A stretch of 64,000 nt of DNA from the NCBI GenBank assembly GCA_026421185.1, contig JAPKCH010000003.1, positions 12,375 to 76,374 on the forward strand, written 5' to 3'. Both the position numbers and the translations under genes were made by a program. Below the pieces are notes generated by a model, which saw nothing but the letters and a program-made list of their open reading frames with translations, did not search any database and had not been told where the DNA came from. Each line of letters opens with the position of its first letter. Within the stretch, counting starts at the first letter, position 1. Below, in pieces: positions 47,269-54,963 of this stretch. Source of the DNA: Dehalococcoidia bacterium (GTDB lineage: Bacteria; Chloroflexota; Dehalococcoidia; Lucifugimonadales; Lucifugimonadaceae).

Positions 47269-49209
47269 CTACTTGAGTTCTAGGTTCCAGAGTGAGTTGA
47301 GGTTTGCAGCAGCAGCAACGTCCATAGTGAAGCTCTTTACTTTCTTGTTGTTGAAGTAATAAGCGTCAGGAACGGCTACAACACCAGGCTGTAGAGCCTG
47401 ATCGTAAACGTACGCTAGGTATCCGTTAGCTGCTTCAGTTGCCGTGGCAGTGTCAGGAGCCTGAGCCATCTTCTGGTAAAGATCCAGGATGACTGGTGAT
47501 TCGAAACCACATGAGAAACCACCACGGGTTAGAGATGTCTGTACAAGGCCCTTAGGGAAGTGCCATGGGTTAGACGCCCTACCCTTGTCACAAGATGTGA
47601 TCCATGGGTGCGTGTTGGCTCGACCAACGACAGTAGGTCGGAAGGCCGTGTAGGAGAACTTCAGTGAGAAAGTTTCAAGACCGATGTCGGCCCAGAAGCC
47701 AGCTACAGCGTCAGCAATTTCACCAGTAATCGATGCACCACCACCAAGTTCAGGACCAGCGTAGACGGAGATTTCAAAGGCGTTATCGCCAAGAGGTCCA
47801 TCGGTAGGTGCTCCACCGGATTTGTAGTCACCGTCGAGTCCGTTGATCATCTCAACGGCTGTGTCTGGGTCGTAACCGTATTCGTACTTCGCGTCCCAGT
47901 TAGGGGATGCGTTGTTGAAGTATGTAACATCAACCGGTGCACCAAGACCTGCAAGCAGGGTGTCGTTTACAAGGTCACGGTCGATGGCAATGGCCAAAGC
48001 GTTTCGAACAGTTTTTGCTTGTTCGAGGTCACCTTCACCGTGGCTTGTGCCAGGCTTACCAATCCATGCTAAGTCATGAACGAAAGTTGCCTTAGGTGGA
48101 AGAGGCTCGCCAGTCTTGGCGTTGGTGTCTTCCCATAGGTTACCAGCGAAGAAAATACCAAGCTGAACAGCACCGCCAGCGGACGTCTGTGTGAACTCTG
48201 TCAAGTCATACTTGGCAGCGTCCTTCGGCTCGAGGTGAGCAATGTCAACCTGACCAGTTCGCAGAAGCGAAGATCGAGTAGTTGCTTCAGTTACCTGAAC
48301 CATTTGAATTCGTTCACTCTTTGGCTCTAAGTCACTATCCCAGTGAGTGCCTTCTCGGTTAACGATTGTGTATGACTCGTCTCGGAGCCATTCTTCAACC
48401 TGGAAAGGACCGGTAGCGACAATGTTGTCACGAGACCAGTCTTCGCCTTTTTCGTCAAAAGCCTTCTTCGATAAAATCGAGAGAGCCTGACCTGACTGGT
48501 TGACGTAGTCGTCTTTCCAAGTCGAGTCGAAGCTAGTGAACTTGAACTCAACAGTTTCGTCGTCTATAGCAGTCCACTCACCCCAGAGACCGGCGAAGTC
48601 ACCAGCCTGGCCGTGAATTGACTCAGGATTTGTCTCACTGTTGGCGTTGTTCATAGACCACGCAACGTCGTGTGCGGTCAGGTTGCCTGCGTCATAACCA
48701 TCAACAACCTGGAACGGGATGCCTTGCTGAATTTTCACGGTTGCGCCGGAAAGATCCGCTGTAATCGTGAAGTCATTAGCGATCCAGTTCAATGTGCTGT
48801 CATCAGCAGCACGTCGGAACAAAGTCTCAGCAATTCCAACGTTCTTCAAAAAGTCTTGAGATTGTGCTGAGTTCAGTCCGTTTTGAGCACCCATGTCTGC
48901 GCTGTTAACGGCGATTACAGCCGTGCCTGCAGGTGTGGATGTATCAGGGGCAGTAATAAGTGCCTCAACCACTGCAGCCGGTGCTGCAGGTTGTGCCGTT
49001 GCCGTAGCAACAACAATGATCGTGTCACCCTTTTCGGTGACGGTGATCGTCTCACCCTTTTCGGTGATGGTGATCGTCTCACCCTTTTCGGTGACAACAA
49101 CAGTCTCGACGACAGTGATGGTTTCTGTACCACCACAAGCGACAAGAGCTGTCATTGCAGCACCAATCAAAAGCCCGATTACGAGCTTCATCTTGCTTAT
49201 CTTAAACAA
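47269..49209 (-). CDS. ABC transporter substrate-binding lipoprotein, family 5 (peptide/opine/nickel type)
   Basis: TTG start 8 nt after a GGAGG. Signal peptide with lipobox 'LVACGG'. Repeated 'TEKGETITx' tether followed by an SBP_bac_5-like body. 646 aa. Confidence 0.9.
   Translation of the reverse strand: MFKISKMKLVIGLLIGAAMTALVACGGTETITVVETVVVTEKGETITITEKGETITVTEKGDTIIVVATATAQPAAPAAVVEALITAPDTSTPAGTAVIAVNSADMGAQNGLNSAQSQDFLKNVGIAETLFRRAADDSTLNWIANDFTITADLSGATVKIQQGIPFQVVDGYDAGNLTAHDVAWSMNNANSETNPESIHGQAGDFAGLWGEWTAIDDETVEFKFTSFDSTWKDDYVNQSGQALSILSKKAFDEKGEDWSRDNIVATGPFQVEEWLRDESYTIVNREGTHWDSDLEPKSERIQMVQVTEATTRSSLLRTGQVDIAHLEPKDAAKYDLTEFTQTSAGGAVQLGIFFAGNLWEDTNAKTGEPLPPKATFVHDLAWIGKPGTSHGEGDLEQAKTVRNALAIAIDRDLVNDTLLAGLGAPVDVTYFNNASPNWDAKYEYGYDPDTAVEMINGLDGDYKSGGAPTDGPLGDNAFEISVYAGPELGGGASITGEIADAVAGFWADIGLETFSLKFSYTAFRPTVVGRANTHPWITSCDKGRASNPWHFPKGLVQTSLTRGGFSCGFESPVILDLYQKMAQAPDTATATEAANGYLAYVYDQALQPGVVAVPDAYYFNNKKVKSFTMDVAAAANLNSLWNLELK
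49018..49098. repeat. 3 x 27-nt in-frame tandem repeat inside the SBP tether
   Basis: Units 49018-49044, 49045-49071 and 49072-49098 share GATCGT[G/C]TCACCCTTTTCGGTGA. On the minus strand they encode (T/V)TEKG(E/D)TI(T/I) three times. Confidence 0.9.
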
Positions 49210-49432
49210 AATATAATCCTCCTGAGACGTGCAAAGATCCTAGATTGGACCTTTGACTGGCAAATAGATTGAAACCTTATTACCACGTCATGTTGCAAGT
49301 TTTAGAGAACTTTCGATGATCTAAATCGCTACTTCAGGTAAGTGAATAAAGCGCCTTTGCGCTCGAATCATCACCGGAGTGCTCTTAAACTAAGATGCAA
49401 AAATATAACCTCTAGCCTACTGTGTCAATCTC

Positions 49433-50443
49433 TTAGGTGACCCTGTGGCGGACAATTTCTTGCAGGTAATCCACCACATTGTCCACAACCATGTTTAGAG
49501 ACACTGTCAAAGCTTCACTTGTATTTGATGCGATATGAGGCGTGAGAATGACGTTCGGCAATCGTGCTAGAGCAGAGTTTCGGTCAAGCGGTTCATTGTT
49601 GAATACGTCTAGTGCAGCACCTGCGATCGTCTCGTTTGCTAGTGCTTCAGCGAGCGCTTGGTAATTGACCAATTGACCACGAGCTGTATTCACGAACAAA
49701 GCCGTCGGCTTCATTCGTGAAAATTCAACAGCGCCGAACATTGAACGAGTTTGTTGTGTTAAGCGCGCATGGATCGATATTGCATCCGAATTTGCTAGTA
49801 ATTCTGAAAAACTAACTTCCGTCCAGTTTGACTGGTCAGCATTAGCGGGAGCAAAGGCAGTATCGCTGAGCGAACTCGCTAAAATTCGCATCCCAATACC
49901 GCTGGCGATCCGTGCCAAACGTACTCCCACGGCGCCAGTTCCTACAATTCCCAACGTTTTTCCGGCCAATTGTGTGAGTTGCCCACCTGGCCATTCGCCC
50001 TCACGAACTCTCAAGTCTAGTTGTGGGATCTTTCTAGCTAAGGACATCAAGAGCGCTAAGGCATGTTCTGCTACTGCAACAGTTGCAGCATTTGGGGTGT
50101 TGGTGACGACAATCCCTAACCTTCGTGCCGATTCGAGTGCAACGTGATCAGCAGCTGTGCCCCAGATTGCAACATGTCTCAGGTTTGGTGCTACAGATTC
50201 AAGAATAGTGTTAGTGATTCTTGTTGTAGTTCTGACCAGTATCACCGTATGTGCACCGGAAATTCGTTCGGTCAGTTCAGATGAACTGCCCGGACGTTCA
50301 GTGAACGTGTTGACTTCGACGTTTGGTAAACGGGAGAGGCGGGCCATCGCTGCAGAATCTGCAAAAACTGAAGGATCGTCATCGGGAATGACCACTCGTA
50401 TCACGCCATCTGGCACATTCGATTTCAAAACTTTGTCTGCCAC
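49433..50443 (-). CDS. D-isomer-specific 2-hydroxyacid dehydrogenase family protein
   Basis: Motifs 'GIVVTNTPNA', 'GKTLGIVGTGAVG', 'FVNTARG' and 'LDVFNNEP...ILTPHIAS'. Confidence 0.85.
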   Translation of the reverse strand: MADKVLKSNVPDGVIRVVIPDDDPSVFADSAAMARLSRLPNVEVNTFTERPGSSSELTERISGAHTVILVRTTTRITNTILESVAPNLRHVAIWGTAADHVALESARRLGIVVTNTPNAATVAVAEHALALLMSLARKIPQLDLRVREGEWPGGQLTQLAGKTLGIVGTGAVGVRLARIASGIGMRILASSLSDTAFAPANADQSNWTEVSFSELLANSDAISIHARLTQQTRSMFGAVEFSRMKPTALFVNTARGQLVNYQALAEALANETIAGAALDVFNNEPLDRNSALARLPNVILTPHIASNTSEALTVSLNMVVDNVVDYLQEIVRHRVT

Positions 50444-50597
50444 CTAATATTGGCCGCCGTATTTCTTTGCGGACAATGCGAGCATATAGGCGACAAGAGA
50501 TTTTCGCCTCATTCGAATGATCATCAGGTGGCCTCGATGCTACGATTATCTTCCGACTACTCCGCTTACAGTGGTTTCTAAACGTGAAAGAAGAAAT

Positions 50598-50936
50598 ATG
50601 ACGCGTGCGCGAGTGCTGTACTGGAAAGAGATCCCAGTGCAAGTTCAAGCTGAAGATGAAAATGGACGAGTTTCGAGGCAACTCGAAGAGAGATTTCAAA
50701 AGGCAGCTGATGCCGTAGCTATGAAAGACGGCAGTGAGGGAACTGACGAATACCTTGATGCTTGGGAATTCGGGTCATACGAGGATGCGGAGGGGGCAGC
50801 GTCAGATGTAGCTGAACAATTAGGCAAAAATTTAGAACAAATGCCTTCCAATTTCGTTCAACGGATCGTTAAAATGCAGGATGATGGTACGAGAGACCCT
50901 CGTCCTGGAGCTATTGACCACTGGGTTGAGCTTTAG
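50598..50936 (+). CDS. 'virulence factor' (PF13769-like) small protein of unknown function
   Basis: 'MTRARVLYWKEIPVQVQAED...LEERFQKAADAVAMKDG..GTDEYLDAWEF' matches my memory of the YWRDIPAQV...RF..AID.AAM...TD.YL..W family pattern. ATG 50598 is preferred over the ORF-track start at 50517. Confidence 0.6.
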   Translation: MTRARVLYWKEIPVQVQAEDENGRVSRQLEERFQKAADAVAMKDGSEGTDEYLDAWEFGSYEDAEGAASDVAEQLGKNLEQMPSNFVQRIVKMQDDGTRDPRPGAIDHWVEL

Positions 50937-50995
50937 TCGGTTTGAACTAGATATATATCTTAGTATCAGTTCAGAAAATATTTTGGAGAAATCAT

Positions 50996-51892
50996 ATGGC
51001 AGTATCTGACGGCAAGCCAGGCATACTTGATCGACTCGAAGCTGGCGATACCCTGATCTTCGATGGGGCGACAGGAACATACCTTCAAAATAATGGACTC
51101 GAACCTGGCGGTAGCCCTGAACTGATGAACGCTACTCACCCAGAAGTGGTTAAGGGAATGTCTAAGCAGTACTTTGATGCTGGTTCAGACATTGTTTTGA
51201 CCAATTCGTTCGGTGGTAATAAGTTCATGCTCGAGCGTTACGGAGCCGGGGATCGCTTGTTCGAGCTAAACCGTCTTGCTGCGGAACATGCACGATCAGT
51301 TGCTCCTGAAGGGAAATTTGTTTCTGGTTCTATTGGACCTACTGGCGAATTTATTGAACCTCTTGGTACAGCAACTGAAGATGAGCTGTACGACACTTTC
51401 TCTGAAATGTCGAAGGCGTTCGAAGCAGGTGGTGCCGACGCCGTAATGATCGAAACTCAGCTCGCCATCGAAGAAGCGGTTATTGCTGTTAGAGCAGCTA
51501 AGGAAACTACCGGACTAGTCGTAATGGCGACGATGGTGTTTGATAAAGGTCCGCGCGGTTATTTCACTATGATGGGTGTGACTCCTGAGCAAGCAGTTGA
51601 GGGACTCGAAGAAGCCGGCGCTGATGTAGTAGGCACGAACTGTGGAAATGGTATTGAGAAAATGGTTGAAATCGCTGCACGTATGCGTGCGGTGACAGAC
51701 AAGTACCTAGTAATTCAGTCAAACGCTGGTATCCCAATCATTAAGAACGGTGAAACCTGTTACCTCGAAACTCCAGAGTTTATGGCGAAACACTATGGTG
51801 ATCTCGCTGAATTGCCTATAAATATTCTCGGTGGATGCTGTGGAACCACTGCCGAACACATCCGAAAACTCATACAATCTGTTCGTAAATAA
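50996..51892 (+). CDS. homocysteine S-methyltransferase domain protein (stand-alone MetH-type Hcy-binding module)
   Basis: Motifs 'LIFDGATGTYLQ', 'THPEVV..YFDAGSDIVLTNSFG', and Zn ligands 'VGTNCGNG' and 'LGGCCGTTAEHI'. 298 aa. Confidence 0.85.
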   Translation: MAVSDGKPGILDRLEAGDTLIFDGATGTYLQNNGLEPGGSPELMNATHPEVVKGMSKQYFDAGSDIVLTNSFGGNKFMLERYGAGDRLFELNRLAAEHARSVAPEGKFVSGSIGPTGEFIEPLGTATEDELYDTFSEMSKAFEAGGADAVMIETQLAIEEAVIAVRAAKETTGLVVMATMVFDKGPRGYFTMMGVTPEQAVEGLEEAGADVVGTNCGNGIEKMVEIAARMRAVTDKYLVIQSNAGIPIIKNGETCYLETPEFMAKHYGDLAELPINILGGCCGTTAEHIRKLIQSVRK

Positions 51893-51930
51893 CTAAACTG
51901 AATCTAATTTACTATTTGGAGAGAAGAGCG

Positions 51931-52602
51931 ATGGCCCCGCTAGCGGAAAAATCAATAGTCGCCCGAAACGTCGCAAGACTTGGGAACTGTATTGAGCTCG
52001 TATCACTAGACCCACACTTTCACGATGTGAGTATTGGTCTCTTTATAAAAGACGGGATTATGACTATCTCGTCATACAGTACTTTCGATGGGATTGATGC
52101 TCGAATCGAGCAAATTCGTGATCGTTGTGCTCATCTTGGCGATGTGGTTGTAGTAAAAGACACCACAGATCAACTTCAACTGATTTCAGATCTCTATTTA
52201 GATCGTGCGCTTCGGTTTATGTTCATTGCTGCTGTGGAAAAAGATCCTTTATCAGAATTTCCAACAGGTCGAATCACAGCCCCTGACACAAAGACAAAAC
52301 TCACATTTGTCGTTGAAGGCGCTGAAGAAGACGGTAAATATGTGTATACCGTTTCTACAGAAGGCGAAGCTGAGCGAGCGGAAATGCGAGTGCGCGCAGC
52401 GGTAGGCGGCTTCATGCGTTATTCAGGCTGCTTACGTGTCGAGAAAAATAAGTTCTCATTCCCTGATGGAAAAAAGTATGACAAATTTGCACGTCTTATT
52501 CTTCCTCTCGCCCGAAATGTGAGTGCCGTTGAAGCACAACTCGAACAAGACGAGATGGCTGGTCAGATGAATACCCAGACACTCGGTTTTGCCCAAAGCT
52601 AG
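51931..52602 (+). CDS. hypothetical protein embedded in the corrinoid methyltransferase cluster
   Basis: ATG 51931 lies 8 nt after a GGAGAG Shine-Dalgarno (the ORF track starts at TTG 51916). 223 aa. No motif recognised. Short gaps to both neighbours. Confidence 0.6.
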   Translation: MAPLAEKSIVARNVARLGNCIELVSLDPHFHDVSIGLFIKDGIMTISSYSTFDGIDARIEQIRDRCAHLGDVVVVKDTTDQLQLISDLYLDRALRFMFIAAVEKDPLSEFPTGRITAPDTKTKLTFVVEGAEEDGKYVYTVSTEGEAERAEMRVRAAVGGFMRYSGCLRVEKNKFSFPDGKKYDKFARLILPLARNVSAVEAQLEQDEMAGQMNTQTLGFAQS

Positions 52603-52636
52603 TCATAAATTTAGAAAAGGTCCTTAGGACAAACTA

Positions 52637-53674
52637 ATGTCACCCGTAATTGAAAAAATGACCTCTCGTGAACGAACAATGGCTGCGCTTGCGGGCGAGC
52701 CTGTGGATCGTCCACCTGTTTGTACTCCGACTAATGTTGCAACCGTTGAGCTTATGGACTTGGTTGACGCTCCGTTTCCTGAAGCAAACCGTAATGCGGA
52801 AATGAATGCACGTCTCGCCGCTACTGCTTACACCGAACTTGGTTTCGACACAATCGCACCGTATTTTTCGATCATTCAGGAATCTTCCGCACTTGGCTGC
52901 GACATGCAGTGGGAACAGAAAGACAACTGGCCAACGGTCAGAATGTCGAAGCCAATTTGGAAAGGCTCTTCCGACGTAAAGATCCCGTCTGATTTTCTTG
53001 AACACAAAGACACCAAAACCATTACCGACTCGATCAGAATTCTGAAACAGGAATTCGGCAATGAAGTCGCAATAGTTGGTAAAACTATGGGACCGTGGAC
53101 ATTGGCTTACCACGTGTTTGGTGTAGAGCCATTCCTTCTTGGAACTGTCGATGACCCAGACGAGATAATGAAATCTCTAGAAGCACTCAAAAAGGTCACA
53201 ATTTTGTACGGTCAGGCTCAAATCGATGCCGGTGCCGATGTACTTACGATTCCCGACCACGCCACAGGCGACTTGGTAAGTGGTGAGTACTACCGCCGGT
53301 TCTTGATGGAAATGCATCAGGAAATCGAAGAAGAACTTTCCGTTCCATTGATACTTCACATCTGTGGTTCGACTGTCGACCGAATGCCATACATCGCAGA
53401 GACGGGTATGGCTGCATTCCACTTCGACTCGAAGAACGATCCTGTTGAGGCGATGGCTGCGGTTGATGGAAAGATTCGTCTTGTGGGAAACATCAATAAC
53501 CCGACAACTCTTTACGCTCGAGGTCCTGAAGAGGTTCGAGCAGAAGTAAACACGGCATTAGATGCTGGAGTTCAGTTGATAGCGCCAGAATGTGCGATTC
53601 CTCTGAAAACAAAGTTGGAAAATCTTCTTGAAATCCCAATCGCTATCGAAGATTGGGTAGCTGAACGCGGCTAA
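52637..53674 (+). CDS. UroD-family (MtaA/MtbA/CmuA/MtsA-like) zinc methyltransferase acting on a corrinoid protein
   Basis: 345 aa. 'MTSRERTMAALAGEPVDRPPV' is the classic MtaA N-terminus. Zn motif 'LILHICGS' (HxC) plus 'IAPECAIP'. Confidence 0.85.
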   Translation: MSPVIEKMTSRERTMAALAGEPVDRPPVCTPTNVATVELMDLVDAPFPEANRNAEMNARLAATAYTELGFDTIAPYFSIIQESSALGCDMQWEQKDNWPTVRMSKPIWKGSSDVKIPSDFLEHKDTKTITDSIRILKQEFGNEVAIVGKTMGPWTLAYHVFGVEPFLLGTVDDPDEIMKSLEALKKVTILYGQAQIDAGADVLTIPDHATGDLVSGEYYRRFLMEMHQEIEEELSVPLILHICGSTVDRMPYIAETGMAAFHFDSKNDPVEAMAAVDGKIRLVGNINNPTTLYARGPEEVRAEVNTALDAGVQLIAPECAIPLKTKLENLLEIPIAIEDWVAERG

Positions 53675-53817
53675 AACCAAGGCCGGAAATTACTAATACG
53701 AAATTAATCAATCATTTTCTTTCGATACGATGAGAGAATAGTTGATTCAATCCGGTTGCATAACTCAATTTGAGCCGGACCCCAAATACACAGAATCCAT
53801 ACTTTTAGAGACTACTA

Positions 53818-54567
53818 ATGCCGATTACGCACGAGGGCCTTGCCCGAGAATTTGAATACGTTACTAATGCCGGTGAGCAAAAGCACATTTCTGAAGGGAT
53901 CGACGGTACTGCTCCGATCATGCAGGAAATTGCCTATCAGCTGATCATTGGAAATAACACTGATGTAGATCGTCTTACTCAGGAAGCATTGTCAGAAGGC
54001 TTCACCGCAAATCAATTGCTCGATGACGGCCTACTCAACGGGATGGCGATAGTGGGCGTGAAATTCCGTGACAACCTGATTTTTGTTCCTGAAGTTCTTG
54101 TCGCTGCACGTGCTATGAAAGCTGGAATGGTACATATCGAACCAATCCTTTCCGCATCTGGCGCCGAACCTGCGGGAACAATAATAATGGGCACCGTTAA
54201 AGGTGATCTCCATGACATAGGCAAGAACCTGTGCATCATGATGCTTAGGGGTGCGGGATTCGTTGTCCACGATATTGGAGTTGACTCGTCGCCTGATGAT
54301 TTCATCGACGCTGTTGAGGAGTTCCAACCCCAGGTGGTTGGCATGTCCGCTCTACTCACGACAACCATGCCAAACATGGGACGCACTATTGCGACCTTTG
54401 AAGACATGGGCTTACGTGATGAAGTCAGAATTATGGTTGGTGGAGCACCTGTGACTCAGGACTTTGCTGATGAGATGGGTGCTGACGCATATGGTGACAA
54501 CGCTGTTGACGCAGTCGACAAGGCAAAAGAACTTGTCAAATTGCTTGCAGAATTGAAGTCCAGCTAA
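53818..54567 (+). CDS. corrinoid (cobalamin-binding) protein, MtaC/MtbC/MetH-B12-domain type
   Basis: B12-binding_2 cap ('ALSEGFTANQLLDDGLLNGMAIVGVKF') followed by a Rossmann B12 domain. The latter carries 'GDLHDIGKN' (DxHxxG), 'MSALLTTT' and 'VGGAP'. Confidence 0.9.
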   Translation: MPITHEGLAREFEYVTNAGEQKHISEGIDGTAPIMQEIAYQLIIGNNTDVDRLTQEALSEGFTANQLLDDGLLNGMAIVGVKFRDNLIFVPEVLVAARAMKAGMVHIEPILSASGAEPAGTIIMGTVKGDLHDIGKNLCIMMLRGAGFVVHDIGVDSSPDDFIDAVEEFQPQVVGMSALLTTTMPNMGRTIATFEDMGLRDEVRIMVGGAPVTQDFADEMGADAYGDNAVDAVDKAKELVKLLAELKSS

Positions 54568-54600
54568 ATATCTGGACAACGTCTAATTGGGGGATATTCA

Positions 54601-54867
54601 TTGGCTGATGGGCAGGGGCGAAACGAAATTCCCAAACTGGATGCTGATAAAGCACGTGCCAGTTTGGATCGTTTGTACGATATCTACAAAGACATCGCTT
54701 CGACGGCTGATGACGTAATGCTGACTCGGTGCCCGTATAAAGACGCATCAAGTCGCTGTACGGCAAAATTTGGCTGTAGAAATCAATTCTTTACGTCCGA
54801 TCCCACCGCCCTGCCCGCCTGTTCCGGCAGCGACCAAATCGATTATCGAGAAGCTTGGGACACGTAG
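54601..54867 (+). CDS. small Cys-rich protein of unknown function
   Basis: 88 aa. TTG start 7 nt after a GGGGGA. Cys pattern 'RCPYKDASSRCTAKFGC...(18)...C'. Lies between the corrinoid protein and its activator. Confidence 0.5.
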   Translation: MADGQGRNEIPKLDADKARASLDRLYDIYKDIASTADDVMLTRCPYKDASSRCTAKFGCRNQFFTSDPTALPACSGSDQIDYREAWDT

Positions 54868-54963
54868 CCCAAGTTTCTACTCTTTTTTTTCAAATCACGT
54901 ACGACCATTTCTGTGATAGTCCAGATCGATTGTTCGTATTCAAAATCCGACAGGCACTGAAGC

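Noticed and set aside
48883-49272. 129-aa and 107-aa plus-strand ORFs opposite the SBP 5' end
   Set aside because: Antisense to the SBP signal peptide and repeat tether. The repeat generates the open frames. Cys/Arg-rich nonsense translation.
50444-50995. Cobalamin riboswitch ahead of the corrinoid cluster
   Set aside because: No B12-box-like (AGYCMGGAGACCKGCC) sequence was seen by eye. It needs an Infernal scan to exclude fully.
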